NCBI GenBank assembly: GCA_037447605.1
Contig: CM074822.1
Span: 705,492 to 769,491, forward strand
Direction: 5' to 3'
Length of the DNA stretch: 64,000 bases
Origin: Zygnema circumcarinatum SAG 698-1b
Lineage: Eukaryota; Plantae; Zygnematophyceae
Position numbers and translations under genes: made by a program. Below, one piece after another: positions 12,238-27,294 of the stretch. The stretch's first letter is position 1; each line of letters begins with the position of its first letter. The notes below the pieces were generated by a model that ran no database searches, was not told the DNA's origin, and saw only the letters and a list, made by a program, of their open reading frames with translations.

Positions 12238-14900
12238 CTTTTACACCTGCCCCTGCGACTCTTGATACCTTGGATTGCTTGCGCACTCTTCACCCACCTG
12301 CCCCGGCGGCCCTCCCGTCGTTTATTGATACTTTTGAGCCAGTCGACGTTTTTGTGCTTGATCGTGTTGCCTTTGCGCGGGCGGTCACCCGGTCCCCCCA
12401 TTTGTCTGCTGGGGGGCCATCGGGCATGGTTTATGAGTTATTTCGTGATGTGTTCTCTCCCGATCTGGGCGAGGGTGGCTTTGATTTGTTTTTTCAGCTT
12501 GCTTCCATCATTGCTCAGGGTCGTGTCCCTGTGTCTATTAGTCATCTCCTTACTTCTGCTCGCTTAGTGGCTCTTGCCAAGCCTGCCGGCGGCGTTCGCC
12601 CCATCGCTGTGGGGGAGGTCTTGTATCGTGTGGTTGCCCGTGCTATGTGTTTGCAGTTGCAGGGGGCTTTTCAGGATCATTTTTCCCCTTATCAGTTTGG
12701 TGTCGCCACCCCTGGGGGTTGCGAGGCGGTCGTTCATGGTATTCGAGCGACGCTTGACCTTCATCCGGATTGGGTGGTTTTGCAGGTTGATGTGACGAAC
12801 GCCTTCAACAGTGTTGCACGTGAGGAGATTTTTCGGGAGTTGCGCGAGGCTCCTGCCCCTATCGCCTCTATTTTTCCCTATGTTCGTGCCTTTTATTCTC
12901 GTGCGAGCCCTCTCCTTTTCCCTTTTGGCAGTACTAGCAGTTTTCTTGGCAATCTTGAGTCTGCGACAGGGACGCGCCAGGGCGACCCTTTGGGGGGTCC
13001 TTTGTTTGCTTTGGCACACCTTCGTGCGCTTCGAGCGTCTGCACAGGCCTTTCCAGGGTGCCTTTTCCCTTCCGTTGCTGACGATACTCACATTCTTGGC
13101 CCCGCCGACCAGGTTGTTGCTGCTTTTACTGATTTTCGTACTCGGCTGCCAGCTTTGCAGCTTACTGTTAATTTGTCCAAATGTTTTGCTTGGTCTCCAG
13201 TTGGTCTCCCCTCTTCCCTTTCGCTACCGTCGGGTATACAGACTTGCTCAGACGCGCTTGGTATCCGCGTCCTTGGTTGCCCTTTTGGAGCTGCATCATA
13301 TGTTGATCGTTTTGTGGAGGATGCTTTTGTTGAGGATGTGTCTCAGGTTGATGAGTTGCCTCATCTTTCTGATCCTCAGGTGGCTTTTTCCTTACTTACT
13401 CGTTGTTTTGCCTTACGCCCCTCTTACCTCTTACGGACCCTCCCTCCTACCGATGCTTTTCTTGCTTCTTTGCAATCTTTTGATGAGCGTTTATTTTTTG
13501 TGTGTCATCGCCTCTTGGGTGCGAGTATTTTTGACCGGCCGGAAGGCCCGCTCGCTCGTTTGCAAGCCTCGCTCCCTATTTCTGCAGGCGGTTTGGGGCT
13601 TGTCCCAACTACACGTATTGCATCCCCTGCCTTTTTGGGTAGTTGGGCGCTTGTTGCTCCGGTTCTAGCTTCACGTTTCCTTGTGGATGATCGTCCGTTG
13701 CTCCAGTCTGTTGTTGCTCATGTTGATGATGGTCATCTTCCCTTCCAGATTGCTTTGCGCGCTGCTCATGGTTTGCTCCCTTCTAGTGCCCAAGCCCGTG
13801 TTCCCCCTTTTGTTTCCCTGGCTGTTGAGTCTGTTTCGCGCGTCCAGACTATTGTGACAGAGGAGGTTGTTGCTGCTGAGTTTTCTACCCTTATTGCGGC
13901 TCTCCTTAGATGTTACTTGGCGTGCTTTCGATTCTCGATCTTGTCTTTGCAGTCACGGTCTTTGGGGAGGCGTGGCTGGGTACACGCTGCGATTTTCCGC
14001 CTTGACTCTCTCGGGAGCCCGGTTTGACTGGCTGGCGTCTTGATCTTAGGCTCCCCACCCCCTTCGCGAGGGTTCTCCCGTTGTGGTTGGCTGGTGGATT
14101 CCCATTTGATTGATGCGCGGGGTGTGCATCTTCTTGATTATTGTATGCGATTTGGCGGCGCGTTTTGGCCCACCGGCCCAGGCTGTCGTGATGCTGGCCG
14201 CGCGTGGCACCGGGGAGGCGGGTTACGCTATGCGGCGAGCGGCCATGTTATACCACCTCGGCCAAAACTTCCAGCGAGGCGCAATGTCTTGACGACCTTG
14301 CTCTTTTGACGCCAAGGCGACGATTTTTTGGGGACATCGTATTGGGTGATCCGACTTCGCCCGTGCTGTTTATCCCGTGCCGCACCGCGTCGGCCCGAAG
14401 CGTACTTAAATGAGGCTGGCGTATGCTCCGCGACTTGGCCGATGAGTTTGTTCCATTGGCGGTCGAAATTTTTGGCTGCCTTGATGCTCGGTTGGAAGTC
14501 TTCCTTCGCCAGTGCGCCCATCGCTCCTTCGAGATGCACGGCCCCGGAAGCCCTCCCCCAGCGATCCTTACAACTTTTTATCGACAACGCATTTCCGTCG
14601 CCTTACAGCGGTGTCTTGCTTCCACGATCCTTCGACGTGCCGCAATTGTTGGGACCCGTCCCGGTGGTCTTCCGCCCCTTCCCGCGCGTACTGCGCCCCA
14701 CATTGGCGACCTTCGCGGCTGCTTCTAGTGCCGTGTTGTTGCGCCTAGAAGTTGATTTCCGTTTCAAGGCTTTCTCTTGGTCCTTATGTCCGTTGTGACC
14801 GCTTCTTTTGGTTCCTTATGTCGATTTTCTCCATGTACATTTGATGGCCTTGCCATCGTGAGTTCAATCAAACATCCTTTTCTTTCCCTGAAGTGAGTTT

Positions 14901-15330
14901 TGGGGAACTACGCCTGAGTTTTCCAATCGTGCGCCGCCGCGTGGCGTTGAAGATCCGTTCGAGATGCCACGGGGGTACGGCGGCCACGCTGGCGCACAGC
15001 CGCCAACGCGCGGTGACCGTAGGTCGGGGTGGCGGCACGCGACTGCCAGCCTGCCTGAACCCTAACCCTAACCCTAATCGTACGTACGGTAACCGCGGTG
15101 GGCCACGGTGGACGAGTAAGTGTGTCCACGTGGCGTCCGCTGATTGGCTCGCGCGACCTCTGATGGAACCCGCAATTCTCCCTTCATGACTCTAATCCGA
15201 TGTGGCGGTACAGGCAAACGCTGATGGAATCCCACCCTTTGAGTGGCCTCTTGGCTTCACCAAGGCGAGCCTGTCCAATGAAAACGTGCCACGTGTAAGA
15301 CATTGTACACGTGACGAATCACCATTGGAC
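14901..15330. repeat. Right arm of the inverted-repeat structure; contains a short (CCCTAA)3
   Basis: Reverse-complement matches to 6410-6425 and 6295-6313; CCCTAA repeats at about 15059-15076. Confidence 0.65.
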
Positions 15331-15489
15331 GATGGTCAACTACTACTTTTTGCGACGACGGAAACGGCTGAAAGCCTTGGAAGTCCGTAAAATGCCGTAC
15401 ATTCCAGCAAGGACGATCATTAACCAATCGCTGGTCGCCACGTGCAAGAAAAACAACATTGCTAGTATCTCCAATCAAACCTTGTCACG
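15129..15489. promoter_or_regulatory. Cluster of five CCAAT-N9-YCACR elements
   Basis: 15129-15147(-), 15275-15293(+), 15310-15328(-), 15424-15442(+), 15471-15489(+). Confidence 0.6.
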
Positions 15490-16069
15490 TGTTAAATATG
15501 CACACGTGGTTAGATTTGAGTGGATGATTCTCAAGTATGGGGCCACTAGCAAAAATGCGGCTCCAACAATGGTTGAGATCGAACCGGCGAAATCCACAAA
15601 ACCAGGAAAATTGCACCGACCTCCGGTTTGTCTTGTTCAGCACGTGGCGGCAGCTACGAGCTTGGTCAAAATGCAGCAGCCAATCAGAATGCCGTATGCC
15701 ATCGTGGCAGTCTAGGGTTGTACACGTGTTGCATTTTCCTGCCCCGTCAAGTACGCATTTCGTTAAGTCCGTCCAGAAATTTGTAGCACATTCAGAAGTA
15801 ATCACTTTTCTGATCCTATTTTTTCGACACCGTCCAATTGAGACTCACCATATACGTAATTTTTGTATCCGTGAAAACACGTAAATTTTTAGGGAGTGAG
15901 AAATCATCAAACAAAAAATATTAGTATTAGTATAGAATCAGTTTCTTTTATCAGTGCATTCATCGGCTACCCAGTACTTATTTTTCTTTGCTTGGCGTAA
16001 CCCGAGGTGCTAAATTTGAAGCCCTAATTCCGAAATTTTCGCCGAAATTTCGATGCCCGTGCAACCGCT

Positions 16070-16680
16070 TCCGTCCTTACAAGTTCTCTGTACAGAATAC
16101 GTACCTTGCCTTACCCATTTAAAGCCGTAATCAATTGCGTCTCCAATTGAAAATGTACTTATTCTAAGTTTGATCTATAATTGACAAGTCAGCAACAAGG
16201 TCCCTTTCAAGAATACGTAAATTGCTTTAGCCATTCAAACCTGTTAATCCACCTCCTCTCAACTTTGCCTAGCACGTATTCTATGTTTTCTCGTACAGCT
16301 CCGTAGTACACGTCAGCAGCAGGATTCTTTTCAAGAATACGTGTATTGGATTACCCATTCGAGCCCGAAATCCCTCTCCTCTTCATACTGCAATGTACTC
16401 ATTCTCCACGAGGTCGGACAAATCCATAGCACGTCAGCATCAAGTCCCTATTCAAGACTACGTACTTCGCTTTTTCCAGTAAAAACCCGCAGTCCCTTTC
16501 CTCACCAACTTTTCAAGTACTACTTCTATGTTACATTGTACAAGTCATCAGAATTCGCGTCAGCAGATAGGTCTTCTTAAGAAATACGTACATCGATTTT
16601 CCGATTGAAACCCGTAATCCAGTTGCTTTCCATTTTGACAAATACGAGTTTTATGTTTAGTCGCTCTGGTCAGTACAAAG
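16070..16680. repeat. Degenerate tandem repeat, about 123-bp period, about 5 units
   Basis: A GTCAGC...CAAGAATACGT-like motif starts at 16188, 16312, 16433 and 16559 (spacing 124/121/126). An AAACCCGTAATCC-like motif recurs in the same register. Confidence 0.65.
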
Positions 16681-16988
16681 CAGCGGCGGCCGACTCAGCA
16701 AGGCGAACAGAAGCCTGGCCTTGCTCGCTCGCTCGTGCAGAAGCCATGGCTGCCACCACCACCACCCGCTGCCTTCCGCCGCCGCAGACAGAAAGAGGTG
16801 CGGCGGCAGCCATAACCACAGCCCTCTCCTCCAGACCTCAGAGAACCTCTCCTAACTTTCGTTTTTCCGACAAAAAGAGTGGTATTAGGCGCTGTGGAGA
16901 GGCGTCAAAAGGGCGAGAGAGAGGGCGAGAGAGAGGGCGAGAGAGAGGAAGAGGGAGGGGAGAAGAGAGAGAGGGGATAGAGAGGGGC

Positions 16989-21316
<4,328 letters not shown>

Positions 21317-21874
21317 AATTGAAACTGAAACTGAAACTGCAACTGGTTCGTTGTAGCAAACGATGATGGATGGAGTCGAATCTCAAAGGGAAGGGCCAAG
21401 AGGATGGGGTGGTACTAGAAGGAGGCATCGAAGCTCTTTTTTACTGAGTACTGTAAATAGCTAAGCTTCAGCCATGAAATGTGTCGGCGGTTTACATAAC
21501 TGCAGAACTGTTTGTACTTCTATATTATGTAGAGGGTAAGCGAAAACCTTTCTCTCCGTTCTGGATACTCAATTGGGGGTCAGTACTAACTGTTGCAAAA
21601 AAAATTGCATTCTGTGGAGACCTACAAAAGCAGAAACAAAAACGATAAATTTCTCCAATTGACAGAGACGCACAAAGAGATTGGAAATAGCAAAAACAGA
21701 GCAAGTTTAATTTAAACTATAAAAGCACCAAAGAAAGGGAGGGAAGGCAATGTTCCCCCTCCCCCTCCCTCTCCCTCTATCCTCGACCCCTTCCTCTTTT
21801 CTTTGGAACCTAAAACAATCAGCCTACAACAACTACTGCATCTTTTCAAAATGCTTTTTGACCAGTTCCTAATG

Positions 21875-21932
21875 GTTCCCCATGCTGCTTTTGTCCATGT
21901 ACATTCGATGGCCTCGCCATCGTGAGCTCAAT
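21875..21932 (+). mobile_element. Short remnant homologous to the CRE 3' UTR end
   Basis: 21894-21932 matches 14830-14868 at 36 of 39 nt, including the hairpin. Confidence 0.7.
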
Positions 21933-22070
21933 GCCATTTTCATTCCCTTATTCATTGTATCAAGCATTTCCCTTCGACCCTCATCTTGCCTACGCCAACT
22001 TTCTTCAATGATTTCCGTCATTCAGTCATAGGCAAGGTAAGGTCTTGTAAGGTCGCGCGACGAGCAACTT

Positions 22071-22119
22071 CCAATGACGACTCGCCACGTGTACAAATAT
22101 CCAATTAAACACCGCCACA
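22071..22119 (+). promoter_or_regulatory. Two tandem CCAAT-N9-CCACR elements upstream of pTAC5
   Basis: 22071-22089 and 22101-22119, about 125-170 bp before the ATG. Confidence 0.6.
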
Positions 22120-22243
22120 TGTATATATCTCCACATGGCAGGCTCCCATTGGTTCATTTTCGCCACTCTAGGGCGCAGAGGAGAAAGTCCCTTTCTCTAA
22201 GCTCGAAAGTTGGGCTTCTGGAAGCTCCAGAGCAGCGGCAGCC

Positions 22244-23032
22244 ATGGCGATGCCTGCCGCTTCTCCCTCTCATCTGCAGCTTCTCCCGGCCCACCGCCAT
22301 GGATTCTCTCCACTTCCTTCCTCTCTGGCCCTCGCCCACGGACCCAAGAGCTACCGCACGCTCTACTTCAGTCGGTCCTCTGTTCAGCGATGTATGGCAG
22401 CCATGGATCCGGAGGAGCTCATGCAGAGGGAGGAGGCGAGGTGGGCCCGCGAGGAGCAGCGGTGGATGAGGGAGGAGGAGCGGTGGCAGAGGGAGCAGCA
22501 GCGATGGCAGGCAGAGAGGGCAGCGCTGCAGGGGGAGATTCAGAGCTTGAAGGCGGCGCTGGGAGAGGTGGCAGCGGCTCATCCTGCGCTGCTGGAGAGA
22601 ATGAAGGGAGGAGGAGGTTGGGGGAATGGATTGCTGGAAGGAGGGGTGGGGAGGGAGAGTGCAGAGGCTCTGGAGGCAGAGCTCGTGCTTCGGCGGCTGC
22701 CGGATCGCCCGGCGGTAGCAATTCTAGGATCAGGATTAGGGTTAGGGTTAGCTCCAGAGGCAGAAGAAGCTGAGAAAGAGAAGCAGGGACAGGCTGTGAC
22801 TGGGAATGGGAGTGCTTCCGTGGCAGAAAAAACTGCCAATGAAATTTTGAAGGAGGTACCGGATGCAGACATTATAGCTGCGGTAGCCTCTCGCACGGTG
22901 GGAGGCGGCAATGCAGGCAGGCCGGCGGAGCCTCCGCAGGTGCAGGCGAAAAAGCAGAGATCGCTGGGTATGGGAGCTGAAGGCGAGGACGTGAAAAAGA
23001 TGCAGGTGGGATCTTTCAACTCTCTCTCCTCT

Positions 23033-23100
<68 letters not shown>

Positions 23101-26100
23101 ATCCACTCTCTCTTTTTATATCTCTCTCTTTTCAAACTTTTTCTCCCTGTCGCTCGTCTCTCTCCCACTTTCTCTCTATCCTCTCTCTCTCTCTCTCTCT
23201 GTCTCTCTGTCTCACCCCTCAGAGACGTGAGACAACTTTGCGCGAATCATTTGACAGCTGGTTTATTTTGAAGTACTATGATGTGAACAAGAGCCTTGCA
23301 ATAAATCAGGGAACCACTGTCTCTTCTCTTTGAGGAGTTTATCTATTATTCTCTCCCTTTTTTTTTATTTCCCTGTTGTGCACTGTAGTCTGTCAGGAGG
23401 GTTTTGATGCACTTTTTTTTTGTCTGCAGCTCGCTTTAGCTGCTCAAGGCTACTATCCCGGAGAGGACGACTTGTTGAATGACTACTTTTCAGAGGAGAC
23501 CGAGAGTGCGGTCAAGACTTGGCAGGTGAGCTGTGCATTTCTTTGAATGTGGTGTGGATGGAGAGACATAGAATAGGGCTAGTCATCAATCACCTTACTA
23601 GTGAAATTCACTTTACTGACTGGTCACTTTACTCATGGAATCCTAAGAATTGAGAAATGTGTCGAATGATTTGAGAAATGCACTCATCAAAGAGTAGTTG
23701 CTGTTCATTTTTTCTTTTTATACCTATGGGGAAAATCAACATAGGCTTGTACCGGCTGCTGTTTTACTTCTTTGACATCTGAAGCCAAGTTTTATCCTCT
23801 CGGTCTATCCCTACCAGGCCACTATAGGCGTTCGAGAAAATGGAGTGATGTCGGCTGAGCTCCTTTCTATTCTTTATGGAGAAACGGAGGCACCTGCATT
23901 CAAGCCCGCAGCTGCAGTCAAGGTACAGCCTTTCAGAATGGATGGTTGGAACAGCAGCAAACCCTAACATTCAACCTTACCACTTCGTAACTCCAACTCA
24001 GATCTTGCCTATATGTACTTCAAACAAAAGGATTCCCTGCCAAACAGTAACATGTTTTGAGAAGAGCTGGCCTGTCATAGAGCTTGTATGTATCTGAACC
24101 TCTAATATAGGGCTAAACATGTATTTACATGCGACCACTTTGCCCAGGCTTCCACCACTGCAAGTAGGGATTCGTCGGGGCGGGCCCCACGTGCCACTAT
24201 AGAGAAGAGAGAGATTGAGAGATACCCTCGCACAGACATAGAAGCTGGCTCACAAGGAGCAAAGAGAGTGTTCCTTTTGGGGGAGAATCGATGGGAAGAG
24301 CCTGACCGTGTTGCCCTAAACAATGCGCGTTTGAATGGAACAAGTGGAAAAGCGACCCGTCAAGCAAACTGCTTTGTATGTAGAGGAGAAGGGGTCCTTG
24401 TCTGCACGGGTAAGGAACAGGCACTGCCCACTTTGGTGTGCTGAAAGTAGGCATCGCGTACAGGCTCGTGGTGAGGGTGAGGGTGAGTGGGAGGGTTTGA
24501 GAGGGGTAGAGTGAGGATGAGGGTGAGAGGGAGGGTTTGAGAGGGGTAGAGTGAGGGTGAGGGTGAGAGGGAGGGTTTGAGAGGGGTAGAGTGAGGGTGA
24601 GGGTGAGAGGGAGGGTTTGAGAGGGGTAGAGTGAGGGTGAGGGTGAGAGGGAGGGTTTGAGAGGGGTAGAGTGAGGGTGAGGGTGAGAGGGAGGGTTTGA
24701 GAGGGGTAGAGTGAGGGTGAGGGTGAGAGGGAGGGTTTGAGAGGGGTAGAGTGAGGGTGAGGGTGAGAGGGAGGGTTTGAGAGGGGTAGAGTGAGGGTGA
24801 GGGTGAGAGGGAGGGTTTGAGAGGGGTAGAGGAGGGTGAGGGTGAGAGGGAGGGTTTGAGAGGGGTAGAGGGTGAGGGTGAGAGGGAGGGTTGAGAGGGG
24901 TAGAGTGAGGGTGAGGTAGAGGGAGGGTTTGAGAGGGATAGAGTGAGGGTGAGGGTGAGAGGGAGGGTTTGAGAGGGGTAGAGTGAGGGTGAGGGTGAGA
25001 GGGAGGGTTTGAGAGGGGTAGAGTGAGGGTGAGGGTGAGAGGGAGGGTTTGAGAGGGGTAGAGTGAGGGTGAGGGTGAGAGGGAGGGTTTGAGAGGGGTA
25101 GAGTGAGGGTGAGGGTGAGAGGGAGGGTTTGAGAGGGGTAGAGTGAGGGTGAGGGTGAGAGGGAGGGTTTGAGAGGGGTAGAGTGAGGGTGAGGTTGAGA
25201 GGGAGGAGGGTGAGGGTGAGAGGGGTAGAGTGAGGGTGAGGGTGAGAGGGAGGGTTTGAGAGGGGTAGAGTGAGGGTGAGGGTGAGAGGGAGGGTTTGAG
25301 AGGGGTAGAGTGAGGGTGAGGGTGAGAGGGAGGGTTTGAGAGGGGTAGAGTGAGGGTGAGGGTGAGAGGGAGGGTTTGAGAGGGGTAGAGTGAGGGTGAG
25401 GGTGAGAGGGAGGGTTTGAGAGGGGTAGAGTGAGGGTGAGGGTGAGAGGGAGGGTTTGAGAGGGGTAGAGTGAGGGTGAGGTGGGAATTGTGTGGATTAA
25501 GAGTGAATGGGAGCGTTCTGATTATGTTCATTCGGTGCTAGCAAGTGCAGAAGAGTGATGGTTGAGCGAGAATATCCCTTGTCTACGAAGAGCTTGCAGT
25601 GTAATTGAATTGATTATGCTTCGTTCACTTTCGTCAGTGGAATTTCTGTCTCCCGCTTTCTCTCACGTTTGTTTGTGGCTGTATGAGTTACGAGCGCAGA
25701 ATGTGAAGGGACAGGCGATCTCAATGTGGAGGAGCAGGTGGGTTACTTCTTCCCTCTCTATGTCGATGTATCTTTTGCATGAAACATGTGCGGAAGGAGG
25801 GAACTTGCGTGAGTTTCCTGCTGATTTGGATCCATGAGGTTTCACGATGCTGTTTGTGTGAGCCAATTCCTCTCTGTCTCTCTCTCTCGCTCACTTTCTC
25901 TCCTTCTCTTCCCCTGTCTTTGTCACTCTCCTCTTGCTCCCTCTCTCTCTCCCTCGCTCGCCCCCTTCCCCTTCCCCTTCCCCTCTGACCTCTTCCTCCC
26001 ATCCCCCCTCTTCCTCCCTTCCTCTCTCCCCCCCCCACCCCAAAATGCCATTAGGATGTGAGTGTTGCCAGTAGGAAATGAGGAGCGACTGACCGTGACT

Positions 26101-26242
26101 GATTCTGTACTTGGTGTTGGTTGATTCCGACCTTTATGGTTGCCAGTTTTTGGATTGGGCGGGAGAGGAGCCCAAGTGCTTGTATTGCGGAGGTTCGGGC
26201 TCGACCACTTGTGACACGTGTCGCGGCTCGGGCGTGCAGTGA
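22244..26242 (+). CDS. PTAC5: Plastid transcriptionally active 5: coiled coil, peptidoglycan-binding-like domain and DnaJ-type zinc finger
   Basis: Exons 22244-23005, 23430-23525, 23818-23922, 24148-24409, 25700-25737, 26147-26242, all phase-compatible. Hallmarks: EEARWAREEQRW repeat, LGMGAEGEDV, SAVKTWQ, RVFLLGENRWEEP, C.VCRGEG.L.C.EC.GTG..NVEEQFLDW....KC.YC.G.G...CD.C.G. Confidence 0.95.
24471..25481 (+). repeat. 40-bp G-rich minisatellite, about 25 copies, in pTAC5 intron 4
   Basis: Unit GAGTGAGGGTGAGGGTGAGAGGGAGGGTTTGAGAGGGGTA. Confidence 0.95.
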
Positions 26243-26342
26243 TCAGGGCTTCAAGGCTATGGCAGAAATTGTTTTTGAGAAAAATTAAGATTTTTTTGGC
26301 GGAATAGTCTCTCTCTCTCTCCATCTCTCTCTCTCTCTCTCT

Positions 26343-26464
<122 letters not shown>

Positions 26465-27294
26465 CCACCCCATTAATAATACCTTTCATGATAGTAAAGA
26501 GCCGTGTTTTACGAAAGAGGCTAATGAAGGGGCATGAAATTCCCGACCAGTCCAACTATCTTGCACATGAGAGAGAGCGAGAGAGAGAGGGAGAGCTGCA
26601 GGGTGGAAGGGGGAGAGGTGGGGACAGGGGGAGGGGGTGGATAGGGAAAATACGGACAAGAGGGAGTGGCTCTCTGTCTGCAAAGGAAATATAGCACGAG
26701 CTGGAAATCCAGAGTTGTTGCCCGTTGTTCTTTATGGAAACCCTAAAAAATGCAGAGAGGGAGAGGTTCTATGGCGATGCTGAGAGTTTTCAGGAGCCTT
26801 AGAGCGAGCCGCCATTGAAGTTATAAGCCTCACGGGGAACCCACTCACGGTCTGCCAAGTATATATGCTCATTTGCAGGCTTGGCATGTTGGAATTGGCC
26901 AGATCAGATGTGGGTAGAATTCTGCGATTGGCCCGTTCAGAGAAATCGAAGAAATTTGGAATTCAATTGCTCGAATCTGCAATTGGTGAGCACAAAGATA
27001 TTCGATTGGACGAAATAAAATAATGATTTCTTCAATATGGAACTCAGGGAATTCAAATTGGTAAATGACATTCTGGTTAGGAAATTACTGAGACGTAAAA
27101 AGATATCATGTTTGTCCATTGAATTTCTCATTCGAAATAATCATTCATTTGAATGCTCGAAGTGGTTAGCTTTATGGCTACACAGGCCCATCTCAAAGCA
27201 CTCTGCCTCCTTCTCTCTCCCTCTCCTTCGACAAGGCAAAAGATAGAAATTACAACTAATTGAGGACTAATTGAGGACTCTTCTTTCTATTTAC

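Larger units (their letters stand above)
6443..14885 (+). mobile_element. CRE-clade (restriction-like endonuclease) non-LTR retrotransposon, 5'-truncated, split by a copia insertion, frameshifted near the C-terminus
   Basis: Removing the copia and one CTTTT restores the frame ...GDWELLQ..AVQLGRCEELSSAARALRPF|TPAPATLDTLDCLRTLHP. RT motifs: VRPIAVGE, QFGV, QVDVTNAFNSV, GTRQGDPLG, VADD, VNLSKC, LGCPFG, LP...GGLG. A degenerate C-terminal Cys/His knuckle and RLE-type FVPLAVEIFG follow; stop at 14728. The 3' UTR has a hairpin. Candidate TSD CCCTGAAG at 6435-6442 and 14886-14893. Confidence 0.88.

Noticed and set aside
14842-14858. Histone-type 3' stem-loop or rho-independent terminator
   Set aside because: It does not match the histone stem-loop consensus and sits in a retrotransposon 3' UTR in a eukaryote.
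16070-16680. CRISPR-like periodic motif
   Set aside because: The intervening segments resemble each other, the repeats are degenerate, there are no cas genes and the context is eukaryotic.
22733-22752. TTAGGG repeats inside pTAC5 exon 1
   Set aside because: Two to three units encoding Gly-Leu in frame; no evidence of telomeric origin.
24197-25531. 444-aa repetitive ORF on the minus strand
   Set aside because: A stop-free reading of the 40-bp minisatellite, antisense within pTAC5 intron 4.
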